64,000 bases of DNA from Candidatus Hydrogenedentota bacterium (GTDB lineage Bacteria; Hydrogenedentota; Hydrogenedentia; Hydrogenedentales; SLHB01), in NCBI GenBank assembly GCA_045863295.1, contig BTWA01000020.1, positions 32,001 to 96,000 of the forward strand, read 5' to 3'. A program made the position numbers and the translations under genes. A model generated the notes under the pieces. The model saw only the letters and a list, made by a program, of their open reading frames with translations, was not told the origin of the DNA and did no database searches. Shown in pieces: positions 48,788-60,215 of the stretch (its first letter is position 1; each line of letters begins with the position of its first letter).

Positions 48788-49255
48788 GTGGAAAGCATAC
48801 TTGCACACCTGCAGAGCAATGCCGTCTTCTACATCATCGGCGCCGTGGTGGCCATTCCCATCATTTACTTCACGCGCCCCTACAGCATCTCCGTCATTCA
48901 GTGGGTAGTCGAACTGGCCATTTACGGCACAGGGCTCCATCTGTTCGTGGCCGGGTTGGTTAGGGTGATAAACGGATTCCAGTACGAAACCCAAATGAAA
49001 ATGCTGGCGGACGAGCGCGTGAATCAGGGCTGGACTACCCCTATCTACCAGTTCTGGAACCTGGAAGCGTACAATCCGCAGTGGGTTGCTTATCTCGAGG
49101 CCGGAATGTTGTTCGCCATCTTTCTATTGATGTTGCGGTTCCGGCCAATGAAAGTTCAAAAGCGGTTTTCAAGCAAGGAAGTTGGACGAAAGGGGTACAC
49201 GCCGCGGTCCAAACCACCTGGTGACACCGCGGGACGTGGAGGACGATCGCATTGA
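48788..49255 (+). CDS. Membrane hypothetical protein
   Basis: Three TM segments; overlaps the next gene's start. Confidence 0.65.
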   Translation: MESILAHLQSNAVFYIIGAVVAIPIIYFTRPYSISVIQWVVELAIYGTGLHLFVAGLVRVINGFQYETQMKMLADERVNQGWTTPIYQFWNLEAYNPQWVAYLEAGMLFAIFLLMLRFRPMKVQKRFSSKEVGRKGYTPRSKPPGDTAGRGGRSH

Positions 49256-50253
49256 GAGTTCCAGAGTATGTGCACGGCTGCATATCAAACGTGTTTACGA
49301 TGTGGGATACCGATGGCCGGTTTCATGAAGCCGGCCAGCGGCGTTTCTTGGACTATTTGGTCGATACCGGCTCGATAACGTCGTTTTTTGTGCGTTCGGG
49401 CATGGGTCAGATGTACGCCTACGAATACGACGACGTAGTTGCCATGGCGCGAACGGCCTGTACCCACTTGGCAGGCAAGGCGCCGGTCATCGTCGGTACG
49501 GCGGGAGTATGGAACGGCAATTACGACAGGCGGCCCGATGCGAAGACGTTTGTCGATCAAGGCATCGCACTCGGAAAAATGGCCATGGAAGCGGGTGCTG
49601 CCGGCGTGGTCCATACCATGCCGGAAGCGATTCTGCCCAACGCGGGGGAATCGTACGGCGACCTGATCTGCCGGTATTTCGAGACCATTTGCGGCGCGGC
49701 CCCCGATGTTCCGGTGCTCGCCTATCAACCACCCCGCACAATTCCCGAATACCGGGTGGACATGAAGATTATTGCCCGGCTGGCCGAGATTCCAAACATG
49801 GTGGCAATGAAAGTATCGACCGCCGACGCCCAGTACCTGTTTAATCTGTGTCATGCAATCTCAGGCAAAGACTTCGCGTTCATCGCGGGCAACGAGAATG
49901 CATTTTATGCGGCGTTGTACGCGGGAGCATCCGCATGCATCGGTCAAGGCTGCACCATCAACGCGCCGGTCGTGCGCGCCATACAGGATCGCTTCGAGGC
50001 GGGGGACCACGAAGGGGCGCTCGCCGCGCAATGGTCCACCAATCATTTGTGCAACGAAGCCCGGTGTCCGGTGGAATTCTTCAAACGCTACGTGACCGAG
50101 AAGGGCTATCCAGTGCCGGTGTACGCGCGCGTGGATAAAAACAACCCCTACGCCGAATCGCCCGTTCCGATCACGCAGGAACAATACGACCATTTCAAAT
50201 GCGTGCTGGAAACGGAAATGGCCAAGTACGAATCCGTTCCGGTGGGTGTATAA
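49252..50253 (+). CDS. Dihydrodipicolinate synthase/N-acetylneuraminate lyase family aldolase
   Basis: SGMGQ (G..GE-like), PVIVG, LAYQPP (Tyr), IPNMVAMKVS (Schiff-base Lys). Confidence 0.8.
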   Translation: MRVPEYVHGCISNVFTMWDTDGRFHEAGQRRFLDYLVDTGSITSFFVRSGMGQMYAYEYDDVVAMARTACTHLAGKAPVIVGTAGVWNGNYDRRPDAKTFVDQGIALGKMAMEAGAAGVVHTMPEAILPNAGESYGDLICRYFETICGAAPDVPVLAYQPPRTIPEYRVDMKIIARLAEIPNMVAMKVSTADAQYLFNLCHAISGKDFAFIAGNENAFYAALYAGASACIGQGCTINAPVVRAIQDRFEAGDHEGALAAQWSTNHLCNEARCPVEFFKRYVTEKGYPVPVYARVDKNNPYAESPVPITQEQYDHFKCVLETEMAKYESVPVGV

Positions 50254-50261
50254 GCCGTATT

Positions 50262-50306
50262 AAAACGAACCGGGCGCCGCACAATCACATGCGGCGCCCG
50301 GTTTTT
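50262..50306. terminator. Probable bidirectional terminator between convergent genes
   Basis: AACCGGGCGCCGCA/TGCGGCGCCCGGTT hairpin with AAAA on the left and TTTTT on the right. Confidence 0.8.
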
Positions 50307-50313
50307 GTGTCAA

Positions 50314-51390
50314 TCAGTTTTCGGCCTTGTGGCTGAGAATGGCACTCTCGTCAAACACACAATGCATGATGGTCTTGCGGCCGTCACGCGTATAAATCAT
50401 GTGAATCTTGCCGTCTTTCGCCTGCAATACCACGGGGTATGCAAAGTCATGCGGCCCCTCGGCGATATTCCGCTTGTAGGGATAGGTCTTGTCGCCATCC
50501 GTCGAAATCGACACGGTCAACGGAGTCCGGTCGTCGGTACTGTCGTTGTACACAAGCAGCAGGTGGCCGTTGGCCAGCTTGATGAAATCAGTGGCCGCGT
50601 TGGGATTCGGGAACTGCGATTCCGTGCCAGCCGCCCAAGTCTTGCCACCATCGCGGGATTCGGACCGCACGATGCGCCCTTCGGGAAACGGCTCGTATCC
50701 GCCGCCGCGCCGAGAATAGCTGATGAGGTAATTCTCGTCCATCTGCACAACGGACGGCTGCAGGTTGCCGTACTTCGAAGTGATGCGGTTGGTTTCGGTC
50801 CACTCGTTGGTCTTGGGATTATACCGTAAAAACAGCGACGTGGTATCGGCCCCGACCTTTTCGCGGTCGTTGCCCGTTTCGTGGTAAATGGGAAGCAGGT
50901 AATCGCCGTCCATCAGCACAATGGGACGGCCGCGCACCATGGTGCCCTTTTCAAACGTCACCATGAAGGAATCCGACCACGTGTTTGCGCCATCATAGGA
51001 CACCTTGCCCTTGATGCGTGAATCCGACCACGTATCGCCGTAGCGCTGTACATAGAAGAGCCACACAAGACCGTCCGGCGCCTGAAACACTACCGGATTG
51101 CCTTCGGATCGGAACGGCGTGTCCGCGATGACCTGCGGCGTGCCCCACGTGTCCGAACCCTTGACCAGCCGCATGCCCCACACCTTGGAATTGGCTTCGT
51201 ATTCGCCGTCGCCGCCGTAGTAGGAAAGGTACAAGTCGCCGTTGTCCAATTCCGCGAACGACGCCGGGTGTTTGTATTCGCCTCCGGGAAACTCCGTGCC
51301 AATTACCTTGGTGGTAACAATGTCCTCTTGGGCAAACCCCGCTCCGGCGGCCACGCACAGCGCCGCCATCACGCATACAACAGTTCTCAT
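50314..51390 (-). CDS. Secreted BNR/Asp-box (sialidase-like) protein
   Basis: Signal peptide; Asp-boxes SYDGANTW, SRDGGKTW, STDGDKTY; PNPNA, RTPL, FAYP. Confidence 0.82.
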   Translation of the reverse strand: MRTVVCVMAALCVAAGAGFAQEDIVTTKVIGTEFPGGEYKHPASFAELDNGDLYLSYYGGDGEYEANSKVWGMRLVKGSDTWGTPQVIADTPFRSEGNPVVFQAPDGLVWLFYVQRYGDTWSDSRIKGKVSYDGANTWSDSFMVTFEKGTMVRGRPIVLMDGDYLLPIYHETGNDREKVGADTTSLFLRYNPKTNEWTETNRITSKYGNLQPSVVQMDENYLISYSRRGGGYEPFPEGRIVRSESRDGGKTWAAGTESQFPNPNAATDFIKLANGHLLLVYNDSTDDRTPLTVSISTDGDKTYPYKRNIAEGPHDFAYPVVLQAKDGKIHMIYTRDGRKTIMHCVFDESAILSHKAEN

Positions 51391-51572
51391 GATTGCAGTT
51401 CCTTCCAGATGTAGTCAGCCTGACACGTGAGGTGTGCCCGGCCTTGCCCAGGAGCGGCCGGAAACACGACATGCAACCCAGTGTACCGATCGACTCGCGG
51501 AAATGAAAGAAATGCATGGGTTGAAGAAGCACGAAAGAGTACGTACGCTTACAGTTCCATCGGGAGGTGAAT

Positions 51573-52796
51573 ATGGCGCGTTCGAAGGAATTTCTACTGG
51601 GCTGTCTCGTGGGCGGCGCGTCGAGTTTCGGTCTATTCTTCTTTATAGTCGGTATTGCCGTGTCGATGTTTTCCGCGCGGCAGTCGACCAATTCATTTCG
51701 CCAGATTGCGGAAGCGCTGCTCCCAAGCGGTGAGTATGATTCGCCCGAAATGGGCGTGCGCGTCAACCAGATCGGTCTTTCCGGCACGGCTATGTGGGAA
51801 AGTCCGGGGTACGGCGATGTCACCAGCCTCGCATCCTACAAGAACGCGGCCGGCGAACTCATGATTGCCGCGGGCGCAAGCGACCGCATCCGTATTATCC
51901 ACGCCGATACTTTGAATGTGGTAAGCGAGATCGCCGTGGAGGAAGAGTATGAACGCCTCGAATTGCTTCATGTGAATGGCCAGGACCCCTATATCTACAC
52001 GGCCGCCACTTGGGGCCTCCCGGCGGCCTTGTTCCATCCCGACGGTACGCTGGCCTGGTCCTACTCGATTCCCTACGGAACCAATATCATGGTGCCGGTG
52101 AAAATCCACAAAGACGGACCGGTAGCATTCGCTATCGGCGGCTATGGCGAAGAATCACTTCACCTGGTGGATTTCAGCGGCGCGCTGGTCTGGAAGGAAA
52201 AAGAGGAAAGCATTTTCAACATCGCGCCGTGGGACGTCGACGATGACGGCGATCAGGAAATTGTCCATAACAACGACGCGTTGCAATTTATTCTGCGCGA
52301 AGGCGATGGCTCTGAACTGAAGCGCATGGATATCGATCAGTACTTCGAAGACTTTACGGTGGTGCCGAGACCGGGCCATGCCAACGGCTCCATGGCCGTC
52401 GGGTTTGAGTTTGGCGATCTCTTTTCCTTGAACGCGGCGGGCGAAGTCATCCGTGTGTGGGAAGTGCCAAATGCAGACTATTACGACACCGGTAAATTCG
52501 CGATCGTGCGACTACAGCCTGGAGAAGAGCAATACCTCGCCGCCTTGCTGACCGATTACATGGACTCCTCTTCGATGATCTGCGTGATGAAGGCCGACGG
52601 CACGCTGTTGTACCAGGAAGTGATCGATCCGGCATTTTCGATGTGCGTGATCGACGCCACGGAAAATGGTGGGGCCGGGATCCTGCTTGGCGGTTATGAC
52701 CGGATCATGCGGTATAGCCTTGCAGGCCCGAATGCCGGCGAACGAGCGGAAGTGCCATCCGCTGAGGCCGTGCCAAGTGCGGATTCCGCAGAATAA
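51573..52796 (+). CDS. Membrane-anchored beta-propeller-like hypothetical protein
   Basis: N-terminal TM; repeated DG.L.W strands; DVDDDGDQEIV FG-GAP/VCBS-like motif. Confidence 0.6.
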   Translation: MARSKEFLLGCLVGGASSFGLFFFIVGIAVSMFSARQSTNSFRQIAEALLPSGEYDSPEMGVRVNQIGLSGTAMWESPGYGDVTSLASYKNAAGELMIAAGASDRIRIIHADTLNVVSEIAVEEEYERLELLHVNGQDPYIYTAATWGLPAALFHPDGTLAWSYSIPYGTNIMVPVKIHKDGPVAFAIGGYGEESLHLVDFSGALVWKEKEESIFNIAPWDVDDDGDQEIVHNNDALQFILREGDGSELKRMDIDQYFEDFTVVPRPGHANGSMAVGFEFGDLFSLNAAGEVIRVWEVPNADYYDTGKFAIVRLQPGEEQYLAALLTDYMDSSSMICVMKADGTLLYQEVIDPAFSMCVIDATENGGAGILLGGYDRIMRYSLAGPNAGERAEVPSAEAVPSADSAE

Positions 52797-52802
52797 GCGA
52801 AA

Positions 52803-54332
52803 TCACCAACTCCGTATCATCGGCCAGTATTTTGACGGGACGTAATGCGAATTGCGGCAGATAGCGATGGGCTGGTTGCGCAGGGATCGCAGGCCGTGTT
52901 CGGGGTTCACCGTGCATACCACTTCGACGGACTCGAAAGACTCCTTGAGCCGTTCCGGCGACACGCCCGCCGCGATCATGATGGTCTTGTCATCGCTCGG
53001 CGGACCCCACATCCAATAGGTCAGGTGCGAGGAGTATGCCTTTGGCAACCCCAATTCCGGGCCGTAGTAATCGATCGCGCCCGCGAACGAGTAACTGCGG
53101 CCGTACAGGAATGCCTTTTCCTTTTCTTCCGGCGTCAGCTTCGCATAAGCCTGCGCCACGCCATCCACCATTTCCTTCCAGCCGAACATCGCGTGCAGAT
53201 CGCCGGTGACCTCGAATGCATTCTTGATTGCGCCCATGGTGATGACCTGAATATACCGATCGGTTGCGTTGATGTTCATGATGGGCAGTGATAACGCCGC
53301 AAACGCCCCACCCACGATCACCATGACCGCCGCCAACACAGGCCGCAGCATGCGCCACGGCTTGTTCCGAAGCCAGCATTCCAACGCTACGGCGCCGCCC
53401 GCAAACAAGATTGCATAGGCCGGCGCGAGATAATAAATTTTGCTCTTGGCAACGACGAGCAGGAGAAACACCACCACATATATCCAGCCAAATACGCGAA
53501 ATGGCCTGCCCGCCTGCGTAAACAGGAAGAAGATCAACCCGGAAATCCACACGAACACATTCGCCGGGTGCAGATAAAGTATCTGCCCGATCAGAAATTC
53601 AGGCAAGGAAATCTTGCTCATGGTCCCCGCATTCAGTTGGCGGATGAACTCCAACGTGGGCCAATCGTTCATGTACTGCCAAATCAAATTGGGCAGAAAA
53701 ATCAGAAACGCAATCGCACCGCCCCCCCACAGGTAGGGACTCTTCAGGTGTTGGCGCAAAGGCGTCAACACAATGCCCGCAGCCAGCCCCACGCCGAAGA
53801 ACGCCATCGTGTGCTTGTTCATCAAGCCAAGCCCCGCGACCACCCCCACCCACAGCCACAACTTCGGATTGTTGTCCTGCACAATGCAGACAATGAGATA
53901 GCAGCAGAGAATCCAGTAAAACGGCTCGAAGGAGGGAATTGACAATATGTTCCCCGATCGCAAATAAACCGGAGCAATCAAATAAGCAAGACACGCAATC
54001 GCCTGCGCAAACGCCCCACCCCCCAAACGCCGTGCCGTCAATCCAGTAAGAAACAACCCCGCCGCCCCAAACACCGCCGAAGCGAACCGGACCGCCGGCA
54101 GGGAATCGCCAATGGTTTCCTGCGCGATCCGGGCGATCCACGGCACCAGTGGCGGGTGATCCACGTAGCCAAACGACAAGTGGTTACCGCAGGCCAGAAA
54201 GTAGAACTCGTCCTGGTGAAACCCGTACCACCGGTTATAAGTAAGGTGAATGGTCAATTTCAGCAGCGCAAATCCGGCCAGAATCGCCAATCCGGTCTCA
54301 ATACGCGGTTTCGTGGTTGCCTGTTCGGACAT
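52803..54332 (-). CDS. GT-C (family 39/ArnT-like) glycosyltransferase
   Basis: DEFYF, GYVDHPPL, GLGLMNK, PNLIWQ, K.YYLAPAY; many TMs. Confidence 0.85.
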   Translation of the reverse strand: MSEQATTKPRIETGLAILAGFALLKLTIHLTYNRWYGFHQDEFYFLACGNHLSFGYVDHPPLVPWIARIAQETIGDSLPAVRFASAVFGAAGLFLTGLTARRLGGGAFAQAIACLAYLIAPVYLRSGNILSIPSFEPFYWILCCYLIVCIVQDNNPKLWLWVGVVAGLGLMNKHTMAFFGVGLAAGIVLTPLRQHLKSPYLWGGGAIAFLIFLPNLIWQYMNDWPTLEFIRQLNAGTMSKISLPEFLIGQILYLHPANVFVWISGLIFFLFTQAGRPFRVFGWIYVVVFLLLVVAKSKIYYLAPAYAILFAGGAVALECWLRNKPWRMLRPVLAAVMVIVGGAFAALSLPIMNINATDRYIQVITMGAIKNAFEVTGDLHAMFGWKEMVDGVAQAYAKLTPEEKEKAFLYGRSYSFAGAIDYYGPELGLPKAYSSHLTYWMWGPPSDDKTIMIAAGVSPERLKESFESVEVVCTVNPEHGLRSLRNQPIAICRNSHYVPSKYWPMIRSW

Positions 54333-54441
54333 GGGTGCTCCCCCTGAACGTTATTTACCCTTGGACGCACCCAGCCACGGTTTGGTTTGAATCCCGGAAT
54401 TCGGGGTGCCTTCCCGCCTCGATCTTCGCTAAAATGGGGTC

Positions 54442-55764
54442 ATGCGCACACGAATCAAAAATGCCATCGTCGTATTACCGGACCAAACGGCGCGAACCGA
54501 CGTCCTGATTGAGGACGAACGAATTGCAGCCATCGACCCCGCGATCCATACACAGGCCGACGAAACAGTGGACGCCACGGGCCTCCACCTGATCCCCGGT
54601 GTCATCGACGATCAGGTTCACTTTCGGGAACCTGGTCTCACCCACAAGGAAGACCTTACCGCCGCCTCGCGAGCCTGCGCAAAAGGCGGCGTGACCTCGT
54701 TTCTCGAGATGCCCAACACCGTTCCCACGACCACAACCTGCGATCGGCTCCATGATAAACTGGCCCTTGCAAAAACGAAATGCCTTGTAAACTACGGCTT
54801 TTACATCGGCGCCACGCCGGACAACCTCGACGAACTGATAAACGCCCGCCGCACCCCAGGCATCAAGATTTTCATCGGCTCCAGCACGGGCGACCTCCTG
54901 GTCGACAATCAGGACGCTCTCGAACGCATCTTTGCGGAAACGACGCTGCCCATTTGCGCCCACTGTGAAGACGAGGCCACGGTGCGCGCCAACCGCGAAG
55001 CCCTCGGCGGCGGCCACTCCGTGGAAGACCACTCGCGCATCCGCGATCACAAGGCCGCCTACATCGCGACGAAACGCGCCATCGACCTCGCCCTTCGCCA
55101 CAAGCACCGCTTCCACGTGCTGCATGTATCCACGGCCGATGAACTGCCAATCATCCGGGGTCAGGCCCCCTACATTACCGCCGAAGTCTGCCCGCACCAC
55201 CTCTTCTTCAGTATCGACGACTACCCGCGACTCGGGTCGCGCATCCAGATGAACCCTTCCATCAAGACCAAGGCGGATAACGCCGCCCTCTGGCACGCCC
55301 TCCGAGACGGCACAATACAAGTTATCGCCACCGACCATGCGCCCCATACCCTCGAGGAAAAGGCCCTGCCCTACCCCAAGTCTCCTTCCGGACTGCCCGC
55401 CGTCGAAAATTCGCTGGCGCTGATGCTCCACGAAGTAAATCAAGGCCACTGTTCGCTGCAGCAAGTGGTGCAATGGATGTGCGACGCGCCCGCTAGAGTC
55501 TGGGATATCCCCTCCAAAGGCCGCATTGCCGAGGGCTACAACGCCGACCTCGTCCTGGTGGACATGAACAAATCCGCCACCATCCTGGACGAACACCAGC
55601 AAACCAAAGCCAAATGGAGCCCGTGGCACGGAATGACACTTCAAGGCTGGGCCGTCAGGACATGGGTCATGGGCCGTGAAGTCTTTCGAGACGGCCACAT
55701 CCATGCCGGGCCGCATGGTCAGGAAATCCAATTCGATCACACCCTGGGCGGCTACTGGACGTGA
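54442..55764 (+). CDS. pyrC: Dihydroorotase (multifunctional complex type)
   Basis: [44 protein letters not shown]. Confidence 0.88.
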   Translation: MRTRIKNAIVVLPDQTARTDVLIEDERIAAIDPAIHTQADETVDATGLHLIPGVIDDQVHFREPGLTHKEDLTAASRACAKGGVTSFLEMPNTVPTTTTCDRLHDKLALAKTKCLVNYGFYIGATPDNLDELINARRTPGIKIFIGSSTGDLLVDNQDALERIFAETTLPICAHCEDEATVRANREALGGGHSVEDHSRIRDHKAAYIATKRAIDLALRHKHRFHVLHVSTADELPIIRGQAPYITAEVCPHHLFFSIDDYPRLGSRIQMNPSIKTKADNAALWHALRDGTIQVIATDHAPHTLEEKALPYPKSPSGLPAVENSLALMLHEVNQGHCSLQQVVQWMCDAPARVWDIPSKGRIAEGYNADLVLVDMNKSATILDEHQQTKAKWSPWHGMTLQGWAVRTWVMGREVFRDGHIHAGPHGQEIQFDHTLGGYWT

Positions 55765-55906
55765 ACGTTTGCGCGGTGTCGAATGCAGCCGTCTACAGTG
55801 CCCCTCATTCCCTATGGAAACACTCTCGATCCCACACGCCGCCCCCTGAACTTCCCCCGGCGCTGTTTACACTTGGGTTGACGAGCGCCGGTGCATGGGC
55901 GCGGCA

Positions 55907-56809
55907 ATGAGCGAATCCGCATGGCAAAAACGTCTTCGCCTGGAAGAAGGCCATCGCATTACACACCGCCAACGCACCGGCGGCGGCATACGCGCGTACC
56001 TTAACAGCCCCGCGCTTAAACGGATTGCTCTGGTTGCTGCCTTGCGTTTCACAGGGTTGATGACCCGCGCCCGGCGGGAGGCCGATTCGCCCCGGCTCTT
56101 GGAGATCGAGTTCGTTTTGCCCAGGCTGCCACGCGCATTTCAGGGCTTTCGAATCCTCCATCTCTCCGATTTCCATATCGACGGACGGCCCGGTCAGGCC
56201 GAAACAATCCGCGCCTTGCTCGACCCGCTTGCCTATGACATCTGCGTGCTCACCGGCGACTACGATTTCGACTATTACATCAATAACGCTGTCGTGATTG
56301 ACGCCATGCGCCACATCCTCTCCGCCGTGCGCTCTCCGATGATTGGCATCCTCGGAAACCATGACGACAGCGATCTCGTCGAACCGTTGCGGCAAATGGG
56401 TGTCAAAATGCTCCTAAACCAGTCCACATATATTGAGAGGGACGGCAACCGTATCTGGTTCGCGGGCGTGGACGATCCACACCATTACCAATGCGACGAT
56501 GTTGAAAGTGCACTGAGCGATATCCCCCTCGACGCGTTCACCATATTCCTTGCGCATTCCCCCGAGCGGATTGAGTCCGCTGCCGCGCGCCACGTCGACC
56601 TTTATCTGTGCGGCCATACGCACGGCGGACAACTGGTGCTGCCGGGAATTGGCGCGGTCTACAACAACGCGCGTTGCCCGCGGAAGTACATGGCCGGAGT
56701 TTGGGAATGCAACGGCATGCGGGGATTTACAACCAACGGCTTGGGGTGCGTCTACTATCCCGTCCGCTTGAACTGCCCGCCTGAGGCGGCAATCGTCACG
56801 TTGCGCTGA
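55907..56809 (+). CDS. Calcineurin-like metallophosphoesterase
   Basis: LSDFH, TGDY, LGNHD, LAHSP, CGHTHGGQ. Confidence 0.9.
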   Translation: MSESAWQKRLRLEEGHRITHRQRTGGGIRAYLNSPALKRIALVAALRFTGLMTRARREADSPRLLEIEFVLPRLPRAFQGFRILHLSDFHIDGRPGQAETIRALLDPLAYDICVLTGDYDFDYYINNAVVIDAMRHILSAVRSPMIGILGNHDDSDLVEPLRQMGVKMLLNQSTYIERDGNRIWFAGVDDPHHYQCDDVESALSDIPLDAFTIFLAHSPERIESAAARHVDLYLCGHTHGGQLVLPGIGAVYNNARCPRKYMAGVWECNGMRGFTTNGLGCVYYPVRLNCPPEAAIVTLR

Positions 56810-56979
56810 CGTAGACGCGCGCATCTTGCAGCGTCTCTTTTTGCATTTCGGAGTTGGCGCAAAGCCCCGGAAACGCGACAAGATGTCGCGTCTACTCCTT
56901 GAAATTCGGTTGCACTCCAGACATGATTGTGCGCTTGCATGGGGAAGGCATTCCGGGCAACGAACTGAAGTACGATCAA

Positions 56980-57951
56980 ATGACACATACGCAAAATGAA
57001 TACGTCATCGGACTCGAAATCGGCGGCACCAAACTCCAGGCCGTTCTCGGCACACGCGACGGCCGAATCCTGCATACGGAGCGCGGCGTCGCCCCAGTGC
57101 AGGACGGGGCCCACGCGATTCTTTCTTGGTTTAAGGAACCCGTCGCACGCCTTATCGCGCATGCGACCGGCGAAGGCAAACGCGTCGCATCCATCGGCGT
57201 CGGCTTCGGCGGGCCCGTCGAATCCAACGCCGGCAAAGTCATGGTGTCGCACCAAGTCAGCGGCTGGGACAACTTTCCCATGCGCACGTGGCTGGAAGAA
57301 GCCTTCGGACTGCCCGTATATCTGGGCAACGATTCGAATGTGGCGGGCTGGGCGGAATACAGGATCGGAGCTGGCGTGGGCACGCGTCAGTTCTGTTACA
57401 TGAACATCGGCAGTGGCATCGGCGGCGCGCTCGTTATCAACGGCATACTGCACGACGGCCAAGGCCTCGGCGCGGCGGAAATCGGCCACACGCTCGTGCC
57501 CGACTGGACGAATCCGGTACTTGGCAGTGCCAACAAACTCGAGAATCTATGTTCGGGTTGGTCGATTGAAAAGCGCCTGCGCGCGCACCCGCTCGCAGCT
57601 GGAACACCTCTCCACACGCTGGCCCATGGCGACGCGCAAATCATCACCTGCGCCATGCTCGGCGAGGCCGCGCGGCAAGGCGATGCCGCCGCGCTGGCCG
57701 AACTCGATCGTGTCGGCCACGCCGCCGGCATCGCACTGGCCAATGTCATCACGCTCGTACACCCTGAACGCATCGCCATGGGGGGCGGCGTCAGCCTGCT
57801 CGGCGATGTATTGTTGAATCCGATTCGGAAATACGCGGCTCACTATGTCTTCGGCTGCTATCGCGGCAAGTATGAAATTGTGCCGTGTGCCTTGGGTGAA
57901 GCGGTGGTCGTCGCCGGCGCCTTGCTGCTCGCGCCGGAGACCGATGAATGA
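56980..57951 (+). CDS. ROK family sugar kinase
   Basis: EIGGTK, GFGGP, NDSN, GSGIGG, EIGH, LE..CSG, GGGV. Confidence 0.9.
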   Translation: MTHTQNEYVIGLEIGGTKLQAVLGTRDGRILHTERGVAPVQDGAHAILSWFKEPVARLIAHATGEGKRVASIGVGFGGPVESNAGKVMVSHQVSGWDNFPMRTWLEEAFGLPVYLGNDSNVAGWAEYRIGAGVGTRQFCYMNIGSGIGGALVINGILHDGQGLGAAEIGHTLVPDWTNPVLGSANKLENLCSGWSIEKRLRAHPLAAGTPLHTLAHGDAQIITCAMLGEAARQGDAAALAELDRVGHAAGIALANVITLVHPERIAMGGGVSLLGDVLLNPIRKYAAHYVFGCYRGKYEIVPCALGEAVVVAGALLLAPETDE

Positions 57952-58652
57952 AACCCGTCACCAAAGCCTATCTCCTCGCCGCAGGCCTCGGCACGCGCCT
58001 GCGCCCGCTGACCAACTCCATACCGAAATGCATGGTGCCTATTCACGGACGGCCCTTGTGCGATTACTGGTTTGCGTTGTGCGAACAGCACGGCATCACC
58101 GACATCTGCATGAACACGCATTACATGCCGAATCCCGTGCGCGCTTTTGTCGCGTCTTTGCAGCGCAATGTGCGCGTCCATCTCGTGCACGAGGCGGAGC
58201 TTCTCGGCAGCGCGGGCACGATCCGTGCGAACGCCGGCTTCGTCGACGGCGAGGACGCGTTTCTCGTCATCTACGCGGATAACCTATCCAACGTCGATTT
58301 AACGCGCCTCACAGCATTTCACGGCACACATGCAGGGCCACTGACCATGGCGTTGTTCCACACGCCATATCCGTCTCAATGCGGCATCGCGACATTGGAC
58401 AATGACGGACGTATTATCGAATTCATTGAAAAGCCGAAGGAACCCAAAAGCGATCTTGCCAATGCCGGTCTTTACGTCTGCGACACATCCACGCTCGCGG
58501 ACATCCCCAACGACAAACCCATCGTAGACTACGGCCACGACATCCTGCCCCGTTACACGGGCCGCATGTACGGCCTGCCGATCGATTGTTACCACCTCGA
58601 CATCGGCAACATGGAAGCGTATGAAAAGGCGCAGGCGACGTGGAACGCCTGA
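57948..58652 (+). CDS. Sugar-1-phosphate nucleotidyltransferase (HddC/Man-1-P guanylyltransferase-like)
   Basis: LAAGLGTRLRPLT..PK, LGSAG, FIEKP, ANAGLY, DIG. Confidence 0.85.
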   Translation: MKPVTKAYLLAAGLGTRLRPLTNSIPKCMVPIHGRPLCDYWFALCEQHGITDICMNTHYMPNPVRAFVASLQRNVRVHLVHEAELLGSAGTIRANAGFVDGEDAFLVIYADNLSNVDLTRLTAFHGTHAGPLTMALFHTPYPSQCGIATLDNDGRIIEFIEKPKEPKSDLANAGLYVCDTSTLADIPNDKPIVDYGHDILPRYTGRMYGLPIDCYHLDIGNMEAYEKAQATWNA

Positions 58653-58721
58653 GGCGCGAGCGATTCCACCGTTACGCAAGATGCACGGCAGTTCGTACGA
58701 CACCGGCGTGTCCCTCCTGCC

Positions 58722-59546
58722 TCACACCGCCGTCAAATACGCGCCCTTAATCCGCTCCACCAGATCAGCCTGATCGCCCGCCCAGAATTCGTCGGAAAAT
58801 ATCTCCACCTCGATCGGACCGTCGAACCCCGTCTCCTCCACCCAGCCGCGAATCTGTGGAATAGGAATGCAGCCCTCGCCCATCATTCCCCGATCGTTCA
58901 ACATGTCCCGCGTCGGGTGTCGCCAGTCGCACACGTGAAACGAAAAGATGGATTTCCCCGCGCGCCGAATCTCTGCCTGCAAATCGGGGTCCCACCACAG
59001 GTGATACACATCCACTGTAACGCCCACGTTCGGATGCCCGATCGCCGCGACCATATCATTCGCCTGTTTCAACGTGTTCACCGCCGACCGATCCCCCGCA
59101 TACATCGGGTGCAACGGCTCAATGCCCAGCTTCACCCCGCATTCCGCCGCATGGGGCAAAATCCTTTCGATACCAAAGCGAATCTGCCTGCGCGATTCCT
59201 CCAAAGGCAACTTCGGCCATGCGCCGCACACCAGCACCACGAGCGGAGCCCCAATCGCCGCCGCCGTGTCGATCACGCGCAGGTTGTCGTCAATGGCTTC
59301 GAACTGCTCTTCCGGATCCCATTTGGGAAAGAAGCCGCCCCGGCACAGGCTCACCACCTTTAACCCCGACCCCGCCAGCACCCGCGCCGCTTCGGCGTCC
59401 CCCAAGGGATCCACGTGCTGACGCCACACCGTTATCCCCGGCACCCCCGCCACCGCATACCCCGCCACCGCCTCTTTCAACGACCACGGTTTGGTGGTCA
59501 TGGTGTGTAGGCAAAGTCGTTTGATATCGGTCATCGGTTCAGGCAT
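58722..59546 (-). CDS. Sugar phosphate isomerase/epimerase (AP endonuclease 2 TIM barrel)
   Basis: SLCRGGFF, IEPLHPM, DVYHLWWD, HVCDW, DRGMMGEG, EVEIFS. Confidence 0.85.
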   Translation of the reverse strand: MPEPMTDIKRLCLHTMTTKPWSLKEAVAGYAVAGVPGITVWRQHVDPLGDAEAARVLAGSGLKVVSLCRGGFFPKWDPEEQFEAIDDNLRVIDTAAAIGAPLVVLVCGAWPKLPLEESRRQIRFGIERILPHAAECGVKLGIEPLHPMYAGDRSAVNTLKQANDMVAAIGHPNVGVTVDVYHLWWDPDLQAEIRRAGKSIFSFHVCDWRHPTRDMLNDRGMMGEGCIPIPQIRGWVEETGFDGPIEVEIFSDEFWAGDQADLVERIKGAYLTAV

Positions 59547-59609
59547 GGCGTAGGACCCCAATAATTCCAGCACAACCGGTGCTCAGTGTAACACGCCCCA
59601 TTCTTGTGA

Positions 59610-60173
59610 CTACTGTCTCGGCTCATACCGCATCGCCACGGCCCCTGAGGTGAGTTCCAATCGGCCCACAAGTTTTAAGTGCACAGGCTTCGACAAGCCA
59701 GCGAACAAGGTCGGCCCACGGCCCGCTAGGGTAGGATGCACGATGAACTCGTACTCGTCGATAAGACCCAACTCCGTCAATGCCTGCGGCAACGTGACAC
59801 CCCCTACAAATAGTCCCTTGCCCGGCTCCTGCTTAAGCTGCTGAACGGCCTCACCCAAATCTCCGCGCACGAGTTCCGCGTTCCAGTCGACGCTGTCCAG
59901 CGTGCTCGACACGACGTACTTTTTCGCCGCATTGATGGTGTGGGCAAAGGGTAGCATCCACGGCTCCATCCAATCGGGTCTCACTCCCGTCTCCGCAGGC
60001 GTTCGCCACGCTTCCTCCATCATGGTGTACGTCACCCGCCCAAAGAGAAGGGCATCGGCCTGGACGATGTTCTCGGCCGCGTGACGGTGCAATTCTTCGT
60101 CGGGGACGATCCCCGATTGATGATCGCAGCACCCATCCAAGGTGAGGTTGATGGAATAGCGTAGCGGTCGCAT
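59610..60173 (-). CDS. Dihydrofolate reductase/RibD C-terminal family protein
   Basis: TLDG, LFGRVTY, KYVVSSTL, GG..L..., LIDEY, P.LAGRG..LF. Confidence 0.88.
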   Translation of the reverse strand: MRPLRYSINLTLDGCCDHQSGIVPDEELHRHAAENIVQADALLFGRVTYTMMEEAWRTPAETGVRPDWMEPWMLPFAHTINAAKKYVVSSTLDSVDWNAELVRGDLGEAVQQLKQEPGKGLFVGGVTLPQALTELGLIDEYEFIVHPTLAGRGPTLFAGLSKPVHLKLVGRLELTSGAVAMRYEPRQ

Positions 60174-60215
60174 TGTTTTCTCCGGAAGCGGGTTAACAGT
60201 TGAGTGAATGGCCCA